From an uncultured archaeon (GTDB taxonomy: Archaea; Asgardarchaeota; Jordiarchaeia; Jordiarchaeales; Jordiarchaeaceae), in contig CAZECW010000140.1 of the NCBI GenBank assembly GCA_964510585.1, positions 1 to 32,000 on the forward strand: a stretch of DNA of 32,000 bases. Reading direction: 5' to 3'. The position numbers and the translations under genes are program-made. Each line of letters starts with the position of its first letter. The first letter of the stretch is position 1. The notes beneath the pieces were generated by a model that saw nothing but the letters and a program-made list of their open reading frames with translations, was not told the origin of the DNA and ran no database searches. Shown here one piece after another: positions 18,161 through 27,212 of this stretch.

Positions 18161-19069
18161 GTGTTCGAAAAATTAAAGACCAGTTTGGGTAAAGTGGTTG
18201 AAAAACTGAGTACAAAGGAGTTAAGCGAGAAGAGCTTGGATGAAGTTTTGTGGGACTTACAGCTGACACTTATACAGAACGATGTATCGGTAAAGGTTGC
18301 AGAATTAATTGCAAACGACATAAAAAAGGAATTAATGGGAGAGAGAGTTGGCAGGTTCGAGAACCCCCATGAGAAGGTAAATGATGCTTTAAGAAAGGCA
18401 ATCTATAAGGTTCTCAGCGGAGGACATGATATTGATATTTTCAGTATGGCAAAGGAGAAGAAATTAGAAAAAAAGCCACTTATAATAATTTTTGTGGGGA
18501 TAAACGGTACCGGAAAGACCACAACTTTAGCTAAACTGGCTTACGCCTTTCAGAAAAAAGGGTTCAGCTGTGTTTTAGCTGCTTCAGATACTTATAGAGC
18601 AGGTAGTATTGAACAAATAGAGAAACATGCCAAAAATCTAGGTGTTAGAGTGATAAAACACAAGTATCATTCAGACGCCGCAGCAGTAGCATTCGATGCT
18701 GTTAAACACGCCGAGGCGCGAGGCATAAATGTTGTTTTAATAGACACCGCTGGCAGAATACAAACCAACGTAAACCTCTTAGACGAGATGAAGAAGATCG
18801 TTCGCGTAATTAATCCAGATCTAAAAATATTTGTCGGTGACGCTTTAACAGGAAACGATGCAGTTGAACAAGCGGAGAAGTTTAATGAAGCAATACAAAT
18901 TGACGCGTCTATACTTGCCAAAGTTGATGCAGATACAAAAGGAGGAGTTGCCCTTTCAATTGTTTATGCTACTAAAAAACCCATAATCTTTGTTGGAGTA
19001 GGTCAAGATTATAAGGATTTGGAACCATTTAATCCAGAATGGTTTACAGAAAAAATTCTAGGGAATTAG
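18161..19069 (+). CDS. ftsY: Signal recognition particle receptor FtsY
   Basis: GINGTGKTTT, DTYRAG, DTAGR, AKVDADTKGG, GVGQDYKDL. Confidence 0.97.
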   Translation: MFEKLKTSLGKVVEKLSTKELSEKSLDEVLWDLQLTLIQNDVSVKVAELIANDIKKELMGERVGRFENPHEKVNDALRKAIYKVLSGGHDIDIFSMAKEKKLEKKPLIIIFVGINGTGKTTTLAKLAYAFQKKGFSCVLAASDTYRAGSIEQIEKHAKNLGVRVIKHKYHSDAAAVAFDAVKHAEARGINVVLIDTAGRIQTNVNLLDEMKKIVRVINPDLKIFVGDALTGNDAVEQAEKFNEAIQIDASILAKVDADTKGGVALSIVYATKKPIIFVGVGQDYKDLEPFNPEWFTEKILGN

Positions 19070-19080
19070 GAGGAAAATCT

Positions 19081-19992
19081 TTGGTTAGACATTTTCTCAC
19101 TTTAGATGACTTCTCTTCCGAAGAGATACATAAACTTATAGCTACTGCAGAAAAGGTGAAGTCGGGAAATCTGAAGTCTCAAGTTCTCAGAGGAAAAAAC
19201 ATTGCTGCAATATTTGAAAAGCCTTCAACTAGAACACGTGTTTCATTTGAGGTGGCGGTGAACCAGCTTGGGGGAAACTTCATTTTTCTGAGAGGAGACG
19301 AACTGCAACTCAGTAGGGGCGAACCTGTCAGGGACACAGCCAGAGTTTTAGGAAGATATGTGGATGGCATAGTTGCAAGAGTCTACGAACATAACGATTT
19401 GGTGGAACTCGCAAGGTACTCAGGCGTACCGGTAATAAATGCGCTAAGCAATCTTTACCATCCTTGCCAAATACTAGCGGATATTCTTACCATTAAGGAA
19501 AAGAAGAAAAGGTTGGAAGGATTGAAACTAGCCTATATTGGCGATGGAAACAATGTTTGCAACTCCCTATTGATAGGCTGCACAAAAATTGGTTTAAATA
19601 TTTGCGTTGGATCGCCTAAAAGATACGAGCCAAAAAAAGAGATTGTTGAAAAGGCTAAAAGTAATGCTAAAAAATCTGGGTCCCAAGTTGAAATAACTAA
19701 CTCGCCCCAAGTGGCCGTAAAGGATGCAGACATAGTTTACACAGATGTATTTGTAAGTATGGGTGACGAAAAAGAAAGAGAAGAAAGATTGAAAACATTC
19801 ATTCCAGATTTTCAGGTTAACGCCAAACTGCTAGAAAACGCTTCACCTGACGCTATAGTTATGCACTGCCTGCCAGCACACAGGGGACAAGAAATAACAG
19901 AAGAAGTCTTGGAAGGAAAACAATCGGTTGTTTGGGACCAAGCGGAAAACAGACTCCACGCACAAAAAGCCATTTTCATTCAACTGTTTTAA
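19081..19992 (+). CDS. argF: Ornithine carbamoyltransferase
   Basis: STRTRVSF, HPCQ, GDGNNV, SMG, MHCLPAHRG; TTG at 19081 preceded by AGGAGG. Confidence 0.96.
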   Translation: MVRHFLTLDDFSSEEIHKLIATAEKVKSGNLKSQVLRGKNIAAIFEKPSTRTRVSFEVAVNQLGGNFIFLRGDELQLSRGEPVRDTARVLGRYVDGIVARVYEHNDLVELARYSGVPVINALSNLYHPCQILADILTIKEKKKRLEGLKLAYIGDGNNVCNSLLIGCTKIGLNICVGSPKRYEPKKEIVEKAKSNAKKSGSQVEITNSPQVAVKDADIVYTDVFVSMGDEKEREERLKTFIPDFQVNAKLLENASPDAIVMHCLPAHRGQEITEEVLEGKQSVVWDQAENRLHAQKAIFIQLF

Positions 19993-20177
19993 AAACGTAC
20001 ATAAGCTGCGCTTCTTAGACAAAGAACGAAAACATGTTTTTATAGCAAATAAAGAAAAACAGAACAAGCGGGAGCAAAATTAATTAATTTCAGGTTACAC
20101 ATTCTTTAGAAGCGGAACTCACTGAAAGATATAAACCAAACTTATTTAGGAACGCCCGTAAAGGTCTGTGGTGTTGC

Positions 20178-21056
20178 TTGATTGGTGAAATAGCATCATT
20201 GTCGGCGGCGCTGTGCTGGGCCATTTCAGCGATACTTTATAAAAAATCCCTCGAGAAGGTAGATGCAATTTTAGCTAATTTTATAAGAACAATTCCAGCA
20301 GCAATATTCGTTTTTGTATTGGTGCTGCTTATAGGTGAATTCTGGAAGATCTCGTATCTTCCCTATTGGAGTTTGGTTTATTTAGTTTTAGGAACCTTCA
20401 CGGGTCTGGGAATCGGAGACGGATTATATTTTCTATCTCTGAAATATATTGGGGTAGGCCGCGCAGTTCCTATCACGAGCACATATCCACTCTTTACCGC
20501 AGTTTTCTCCATTATTTTTTTGGAAGAAATTCCACAACTATTAACAATTATGGGTGTCATAATTATTGTCGTTGCAATTTGGCTTCTTAGCAAAAACAAT
20601 TCCCAAAACTCCACAAACACGAAAAACAATAAAAAAGGGTTTATACTAGCGGTAATAACTGCGATAACTTGGTCGATAGGAATCATTTTGTTAGATTTGG
20701 CATTAGAGGGTATTAACTACTATTTAGCTAACGCCATCAGATTGCCTCTACTTGTAGGTATTTTAGCAGTAGTGATTCTATTATCGGGGAGAGGAAAAAT
20801 ACTTGTCAAAACAAGCCTCAGGGAATGGCTGATTCTGGGATTGGCAGGAGTAACAGCCATAGGAATAGGTGGGATAGCTTTTTTAGCGGGAATCTCACTT
20901 ATAGGAGCAACACGTTCTACAGCCATTTCTTCAGTTACTCCACTGTTCTCAACGGTGTTCTCGTTTTACATCATCAGGGAAAAAATTACGCTGCGAATAG
21001 CTGCGGGAGCAATATTAGCAACATTGGGGATAGTGCTATTAACACTTGCAAGGTAA
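20178..21056 (+). CDS. EamA/DMT family transporter
   Basis: About ten hydrophobic helices in two repeats; ALCWAISAILYK, LYFLSLKYIG, IIREKIT motifs. Confidence 0.88.
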   Translation: MIGEIASLSAALCWAISAILYKKSLEKVDAILANFIRTIPAAIFVFVLVLLIGEFWKISYLPYWSLVYLVLGTFTGLGIGDGLYFLSLKYIGVGRAVPITSTYPLFTAVFSIIFLEEIPQLLTIMGVIIIVVAIWLLSKNNSQNSTNTKNNKKGFILAVITAITWSIGIILLDLALEGINYYLANAIRLPLLVGILAVVILLSGRGKILVKTSLREWLILGLAGVTAIGIGGIAFLAGISLIGATRSTAISSVTPLFSTVFSFYIIREKITLRIAAGAILATLGIVLLTLAR

Positions 21057-21102
21057 CATAGCCCACAGTTAAAGAAATTTTTTAACTTCCAAAATAGTCA
21101 TT

Positions 21103-21954
21103 CTAAATAGTGGGTATGTCCTTTGTTTTCAAGACTTCTATTTTGTTATTTTCTGCGAATTCAATTATTTTTGTTCTTTCCTCTGATTTCATGCCTTTCC
21201 AATCTATAATGAAAAATTTCAATTCTCCAACAGTTCTATCAACTATCTGTTTTAGCATATATTCATCGAGAAGAGGGGTATAATACTTTGAGGCTATGTG
21301 CCCCACGGCGAATTCAGTAACGAGATTAATTTGAGAGAATTTTGGAGCGTAGTGTCCGCCACCAAAACCCGCCGCTATACTCCAATCTCTATCCGGACTT
21401 TGCAGAACACTAATTATTGTTTCAGCTACGACCGCCCCCGCAATCTCATTTCTCCACTGTTTTTCAGAGCTCCCTATTTCGATAAAAAATGAGGGACATA
21501 AAACCGTAGGGCCATGGTGAGTCTGTTCTTGGGAAACCTCAAAATCTAATCCCAAATCACTTTTCATTTCATAGAGTTTTAAAAGGGCAGATTTCAGATG
21601 AAAAGGAGGGGCTACCGATAAGGTTCTAGGCGACCCACCATATTCCGCTTCGCCAAAGTTACCTGAGACGTGCACAGTTAAGGTTGGTTCTCCAGTGACA
21701 CTAGTATGTCTGCTTGCAAAAATTATGAGTTCGGGAGTATAAATTTTTTCTAAATTTTCGCAGTATAGAATTTCTTCCCAACGATGCACTAAAACCACTT
21801 TTGCCCTGCTGGTTTTTCCTATCCATCTTCTATGTTCACCTTTCTCTGCTTCAACTTCAACAAAATCGAATCTCTCCCTCAGTCTCTCAGAAATATTCAT
21901 TCCCGCTACATCCCTGATAGAACTAACAATGAGTATCAATTGATATTCCACCAA
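21103..21954 (-). CDS. dtdA: Archaeal D-aminoacyl-tRNA deacylase (DtdA/GEK1 family)
   Basis: FASRH, LTVHVSGN, EQTHHGPT, FIEIGSSE..W, GFGGGHYAP, GHIASKY; usual neighbour of ftsZ. Confidence 0.92.
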   Translation of the reverse strand: MVEYQLILIVSSIRDVAGMNISERLRERFDFVEVEAEKGEHRRWIGKTSRAKVVLVHRWEEILYCENLEKIYTPELIIFASRHTSVTGEPTLTVHVSGNFGEAEYGGSPRTLSVAPPFHLKSALLKLYEMKSDLGLDFEVSQEQTHHGPTVLCPSFFIEIGSSEKQWRNEIAGAVVAETIISVLQSPDRDWSIAAGFGGGHYAPKFSQINLVTEFAVGHIASKYYTPLLDEYMLKQIVDRTVGELKFFIIDWKGMKSEERTKIIEFAENNKIEVLKTKDIPTI

Positions 21955-22063
21955 ATAAGTTCACACCCGATTATGTGCTGGGGATTACCAGAACAATATG
22001 TTAGTAATACTTGAATATTATTAAGTTTTTATTTTTGAGTTATGAATTTTTAGCGTGTAGAGA

Positions 22064-23128
22064 GTGAGTGATATGAACTCGATTTCTGAGGCAACAACTA
22101 ACGAACAGTGCTATAAAGAATTATTTAATTCTAAGACTGTTGACCAGCAACTTTCCGCTATACTTAACAAAGCTAAAGCAAAAGTTCAAGTTTTTGGTGT
22201 AGGAGGGGCGGGCAATAATGCAGTCACCAGGCTGACTAAGTGTAAAGTTGAAGGCATTGAAACTATTGCGGTAAATACCGACGCGCAAGATTTACTCTAT
22301 ACAAACGCGGATTACAAGTTATTGATAGGTAAAAAACTAACCGGAGGATTGGGAGCAGGTAATAATCCGGAAATAGGTATGGCGGCGGCCCAAGAAAGCT
22401 TGGAGGATATAAAGAAGGCTGTTTCGGCAGAAGTGATTTTTGTCACATGTGGGTTGGGAGGTGGAACAGGAACCGGGGCAGCACCCATAATCGCTGAAGT
22501 CGCCCGGAAATCAGGTGCACTCACAATCTCAATATGCTTCCTCCCCTTCCTAATAGAGGGCAAAAAGCGCTGGCAAAGTGCGGTGGAGGGACTGAAAAAA
22601 CTGCACCGAGCCTCAGACACGGTAGTAATTATACCCAACGAAAAACTATTGGGAATAGCAGACAAGATTACCCTTACAGAAGCATTTAGTCTCGCAGACG
22701 AAGTTCTAATAAAGGGAGTCAATTCAATATCCGAACTAATCATAAAACCGGGTCTCGTAAATGTAGACCTTGCAGATATAAGAACAGTAGTCAAAGATAG
22801 TGGAGTTGCATTTATTGGGGTTGGAGAATCAAGTGGTGGGGATAGGGCCTGCCAAGCAGTTGAAAAGGCTTTAGGAAACCCCCTACTAGATGTTGATGCC
22901 AAAGATGCCAGAGCAGCATTAATAAACATAACTGGCGATCAAAACCTAACAATCAGAGAAGCAGAATTAATAGTAAGAAAAGTATCAGAAAAAGTAAACC
23001 CTAACTCAGAAGTCATTTGGGGCGCTAACATAAATCCAAACCTAAAAGATACCCTACGTGTAGCAACAATTATCAGCGCTGTATCATTACCCTACATTGA
23101 GAAGCTAATCAAAGACATCGAAGTCTAA
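22064..23128 (+). CDS. ftsZ: Cell division protein FtsZ (FtsZ1-like by gene context)
   Basis: GVGGAGNNA, NTDAQDL, GAGNNPEIG, GLGGGTGTG, T7 loop NVDLAD; context ftsZ-secE-spt5-rpl11. Confidence 0.97.
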   Translation: MSDMNSISEATTNEQCYKELFNSKTVDQQLSAILNKAKAKVQVFGVGGAGNNAVTRLTKCKVEGIETIAVNTDAQDLLYTNADYKLLIGKKLTGGLGAGNNPEIGMAAAQESLEDIKKAVSAEVIFVTCGLGGGTGTGAAPIIAEVARKSGALTISICFLPFLIEGKKRWQSAVEGLKKLHRASDTVVIIPNEKLLGIADKITLTEAFSLADEVLIKGVNSISELIIKPGLVNVDLADIRTVVKDSGVAFIGVGESSGGDRACQAVEKALGNPLLDVDAKDARAALINITGDQNLTIREAELIVRKVSEKVNPNSEVIWGANINPNLKDTLRVATIISAVSLPYIEKLIKDIEV

Positions 23129-23341
23129 AAAAGCAAAACCTATCCAAAAGGTATATGGGAAGCCAGTAAAGGATGTGTGTTAGATTACTTTTTGTTTTAT
23201 TCTAAAAACTTAATTTTACTTCGAATATAAAGGCAGTTGGGGAAGCTATAAACTCAATTAAATTTAAAAGATACCAAGTTAACACCCTATTTAGCTAACA
23301 TCACCCCAAAAGGGATATGAGCGGACATCGGAGGCCAGCAA

Positions 23342-23542
23342 ATGGATATAATTGGTTTTATCAGAAGATCCAGACGATTATTCAAACTCGCCAGATATCC
23401 TACCCGCAAAGAAATGTGGGCCATAATCAGAGTCTGCATATTAGGCATCATCATAATAGGGGCACTAGCATTCGTAATCACCATGCTCTTCGTAAATGCC
23501 TTCCTCCCCATAATCAGACCCAGCACAATAATATACATATGA
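23342..23542 (+). CDS. secE: Protein translocase SecE/Sec61-gamma
   Basis: RRLFKLARYPTRKE followed by one TM helix (GIIIIGALAF); canonical position. Confidence 0.93.
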   Translation: MDIIGFIRRSRRLFKLARYPTRKEMWAIIRVCILGIIIIGALAFVITMLFVNAFLPIIRPSTIIYI

Positions 23543-23552
23543 GGGGAAAACA

Positions 23553-24074
23553 ATGGAAGAAAAAGGTTCTAAAAAGAAGGAAATTATGGATCAGAAAAAA
23601 GATTCTAGAAAAACGAGCATATTTGCATTAAGAACCACAATTTCTCAAGAAAAAAGCGTAGCCGCATTAATAGAGAAGAGAGTGGAAGGCAACCCCTCAG
23701 CAAACATCAAAGCTATACTAGCACCCGAGTCTCTCAGCGGCTACCTATTCGTTGAGGCCCCCAGCCAGAGGGAGGTAAATAGAATAATTACCGGCATACC
23801 CCACGTAAGAGGAAAAGTGGTTGGGAAAATAAACATCGAAGAACTAGACGACTTCCTAATACCTAAACCCTCAATCGAGGGAATTAACAAAGGCGATATA
23901 GTAGAAATAGTAGGAGGCCCATTCAAAGGCGAAAAGGCTAAAGTGACAAGAATAGATACCGTCAAAGGAGAAGTGGTAATAGAACTAATAGAAGCTACTA
24001 ACCCTATTCCCGTTAAAGTCAATGCAGATTATGTTAAGCTCGTGGAGAAGGGAGAGGCTGAAGGAGAAGGGTAG
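23553..24074 (+). CDS. spt5: Transcription elongation factor Spt5 (NusG family)
   Basis: NGN domain (IFALRTTISQE, GYLFVEA) and KOW (GDIVEIVGGPFKGEKAKV). Confidence 0.96.
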   Translation: MEEKGSKKKEIMDQKKDSRKTSIFALRTTISQEKSVAALIEKRVEGNPSANIKAILAPESLSGYLFVEAPSQREVNRIITGIPHVRGKVVGKINIEELDDFLIPKPSIEGINKGDIVEIVGGPFKGEKAKVTRIDTVKGEVVIELIEATNPIPVKVNADYVKLVEKGEAEGEG

Positions 24075-24473
24075 CTTAAAAACCCAGTCAGTTTTTCTCA
24101 ACATTATTCTGGTAGAGGGTAGCAAGAACCCTTTTTGGTTAGGATGTATGTCTTTGTTTGATGGTAATTTATAAAGGGAAAAATTGAATTGTTTTTCCCG
24201 ATTTTTCAGACTTACTATGTGAGTCAGGCAGAATTTTTAGGTAACCCAGATAACAAAAAGCGGACCTGTTTTGCTGTACTATAGGTTTTTCGCAAAAAAT
24301 TTTTAAACTTGGAAAATGATGTCTTCCGAAGGTAGATTACATTTAAAAGGTTAAGATATAGAGGGAAACCATAAATCACAATGAGGATTTCTATATAATA
24401 GTAAGCTGTTGTAAGATAGGTAGTACATTATTAATTATTTCATCGTATAAAGCTGTTGAAGAAGGATGCTGAA

Positions 24474-24962
24474 ATGGTGCAAAAGGTTACTGTTCAAGCC
24501 CTTGTTGACGGTGGTAAAGCTTCAGCGGGGCCTCCCATTGGTCCAGCTCTAGGCCCTACTGGAGTTAATCTATATCAAGTTGTTCAGAAGATTAACGAGC
24601 TGACAGCGAAGTTTAAGGGTTTGAAGGTTCCTGTGACGATTATTGTAAATCCAGAGGATAAGAGTTTCGAGATTGAAGTGGGTTTGCCCCCGACTTCTGC
24701 TTTGATTCTTAGCGAGCTAGGTGTTGAAAAGGGTAGTAAGGATGCAAAGCAGAGTAAAGTTGGAAATCTGAGTTTGGATGCTATAGTTAGGATCGCTAAG
24801 ATGAAGAGTGAGAAGCTTTTTGCAAATAGTCTGGAGGCTGCCGTACGTACAGTACTGGGCACTTGTTTGTCAATGGGTGTTACGGTTGAGGGTAAGAATC
24901 CTAAGGAGATACAGAAGGAAATTTTGGAAGGGAAATATAAGGAGTTACTATCACAAGCATAA
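24474..24962 (+). CDS. rpl11: 50S ribosomal protein L11
   Basis: GGKASAGPPIGPALGP, PPTSALI, GTCLSMGV; ATG at 24474. Confidence 0.97.
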   Translation: MVQKVTVQALVDGGKASAGPPIGPALGPTGVNLYQVVQKINELTAKFKGLKVPVTIIVNPEDKSFEIEVGLPPTSALILSELGVEKGSKDAKQSKVGNLSLDAIVRIAKMKSEKLFANSLEAAVRTVLGTCLSMGVTVEGKNPKEIQKEILEGKYKELLSQA

Positions 24963-25061
24963 TTTTATTGCTTAATTATGGGTTAGCGATTTTTGGTTTC
25001 GTATGGTTGATTTGAAGGTTAAATATTGTTTTATGATTACCAATTATGGAAGGAATGTGTG

Positions 25062-25706
25062 ATGCCCCTAGATAGGAAGAAGATTATTGAGGCTATTAAG
25101 AAAGCTAAGGAAAAATCGAAGAAAAGAAATTTCGTGCAGTCAATAGAACTGGCTGTTAACTTGAAGGACATCGATTTGAAGAAGCCTGAAAACCGTTTGA
25201 ACACAGAGTTAACTCTTCCAAATGAAACTGGCAAAAACCCTAGAATTTGTGTTATTGCGGCAGGGGATCTTGCTGTTAGGGCAAAAGAGGCGGGGGTTTA
25301 TGTGATAGACAAAGATGAACTAAACGATGTTGCGCGTACTAAGAAGAATGTGAAAAACCTTGCTCAACAATATGATTTCTTTGTTGCCCGTGCAGACCTT
25401 ATGCCCCAAGTAGGTAAAACACTTGGTCCTGTGCTTGGTCCGAGGGGAAAGATGCCGAAACCGATTCCCCCCAATGCAGATATTGGCGCAGTTCTTGATC
25501 AGTACAAGAGGAGCGTGCGTCTCAGAATCAAAGATAACCCAGTAGTACATTTGAAGGTGGGCTCTGAAAATATGGAGGAAGACAAGATCGCGGATAATGT
25601 CCAGAGCGTTATTAACTTTTTAGAGGGTAAATTTGAAAAGGGTCCAAGGAATATTAAGTCAGTCTATCTGAAAACTACCATGGGCCCGGCGGTAAAAATA
25701 GAGTAA
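25062..25706 (+). CDS. rpl1: 50S ribosomal protein L1
   Basis: RNFVQSIEL, LGPVLGPRGKMP, KTTMGP; ATG at 25062. Confidence 0.97.
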   Translation: MPLDRKKIIEAIKKAKEKSKKRNFVQSIELAVNLKDIDLKKPENRLNTELTLPNETGKNPRICVIAAGDLAVRAKEAGVYVIDKDELNDVARTKKNVKNLAQQYDFFVARADLMPQVGKTLGPVLGPRGKMPKPIPPNADIGAVLDQYKRSVRLRIKDNPVVHLKVGSENMEEDKIADNVQSVINFLEGKFEKGPRNIKSVYLKTTMGPAVKIE

Positions 25707-25720
25707 AGGAAGCTTTAAAA

Positions 25721-26623
25721 ATGGCGGTAACAGCTAGAGGAAGACCTGTACCAGAGTACAAGGTCGAAAGGAAGGAAAGAATAAAAGAGTTACTGGAAAA
25801 GTACCAAGTTATTGGGCTAACTAGTATGGAAGGAATGGGTGCGAGGCAGCTTCAGGGTCTAAGAAAGAAATTAAAGGACACAGCAATCATAAAAGTAGAT
25901 AAAAACACGCTTATTGCACGCAGTCTTGTAGAAATTAAAGAAAAAAAGAAAAACGCTGATAAGCTAGCGGAATATGTGAAGGGGCCAGTGGCACTAATAC
26001 TCACGAATATGAGCCCATTTAAATTAAGTAGAATTCTTGACAAAAGTAAGACTCGGACTGCTGCAAAGCCAGACACTGTAAGTCCAGTTGAAATTGTTGT
26101 GCCTGCAGGAAATACTGGTTTTCCACCAGGCCCTATTATTAGTGAGTTGGGGGAAGTAGGGCTCCCAACTCGTGTAGAATCAGGAACAATTTGGATAACA
26201 AAAGATACTGTTGTAGCAAAGCCGGGAGATTTCATTCCCAAGAAACTAGCCTTAGTTCTTAAAAGGCTTGGCATAGAACCCATTGAGGTAGGGTTAGACC
26301 TCCGCGTAGCTTACGACGATGGTCTGATATTGACAAGCGATATCTTGTCTAAGAAGCCTGAAGAGTACTTGAAGGAAATTAAGGAAGCACACACTCAAGC
26401 ATTGAATCTAGCATTACACGCATCAATAGCAACGCCAGAAACAGTAATTATTATGCTGAGAAAAGCTTACATGGAAGCTTCAAATCTGGCGATGAATGCA
26501 GAGCTAGTTATTCCAGAGACTCTTCCAAACATAATAAGGAAAGCGGAAAGCCAAGCATTAAGCATAGCTATGAGATTATCAGCAAAGGATCCAAGTTTAT
26601 CGGTATTAACTGAAAAAAGGTGA
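25721..26623 (+). CDS. rpl10: 50S ribosomal protein L10/P0
   Basis: KNTLI, TNMSPFKL, PAGNTGFPPGP, LKRLGIEP, C-terminal stalk-binding helices. Confidence 0.96.
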   Translation: MAVTARGRPVPEYKVERKERIKELLEKYQVIGLTSMEGMGARQLQGLRKKLKDTAIIKVDKNTLIARSLVEIKEKKKNADKLAEYVKGPVALILTNMSPFKLSRILDKSKTRTAAKPDTVSPVEIVVPAGNTGFPPGPIISELGEVGLPTRVESGTIWITKDTVVAKPGDFIPKKLALVLKRLGIEPIEVGLDLRVAYDDGLILTSDILSKKPEEYLKEIKEAHTQALNLALHASIATPETVIIMLRKAYMEASNLAMNAELVIPETLPNIIRKAESQALSIAMRLSAKDPSLSVLTEKR

Positions 26624-26792
26624 AAGAAACAAAAATTTAAGGGAGAACTTAAAAAGCATCAAAAACATGAAACAAAAGCAAAAAGGGTGAATTCGCATCC
26701 TTAAGTTAATAAGAAGTGTTGTCATAAATAATATATTTAACAGCTTTTATAAATTCAATCCAAATTTATGATAAAAATATGAGGTGAAAACA

Positions 26793-27101
26793 ATGGAATA
26801 CGTATATGCTTCGATGCTTCTCCATAAGGCAGGGAAAAAAATAACTGAAGAAAGCATTGCTAAGATTCTTGAAGCAGCAGGAGTAAAAGTTGATATGGCT
26901 AGGGTCAAGTCTATAGTCGCCGCTCTTGAGGAAGTGGACATTGAAGAAGCAATTAAGACTGCAGCTCCCATAACAGCGGTAGCAGTACCCACAGCACCAG
27001 AAACCAAAGAAGCAAAACCAGCCAAAGAAGAGAAGAAGAAAGAAGAGAAAAAGAAAGAAGAAGAGGAAGAGGTAGCGGGTCTCGGAGCACTCTTCGGTTA
27101 G
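26793..27101 (+). CDS. rpl12: 50S ribosomal stalk protein L12/P1
   Basis: [11 protein letters not shown], Ala-rich hinge, acidic tail ending GLGALFG. Confidence 0.97.
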   Translation: MEYVYASMLLHKAGKKITEESIAKILEAAGVKVDMARVKSIVAALEEVDIEEAIKTAAPITAVAVPTAPETKEAKPAKEEKKKEEKKKEEEEEVAGLGALFG

Positions 27102-27212
27102 AGAAAAATGAAAATTGGAAAATATGACTAGACAATCATGCTGTCTTGTGTTCCACTAAATGCTCCTAAATAAAGTAGATAAGCGTAGATGCTGAGGGTG
27201 AGGTAGACCCAT

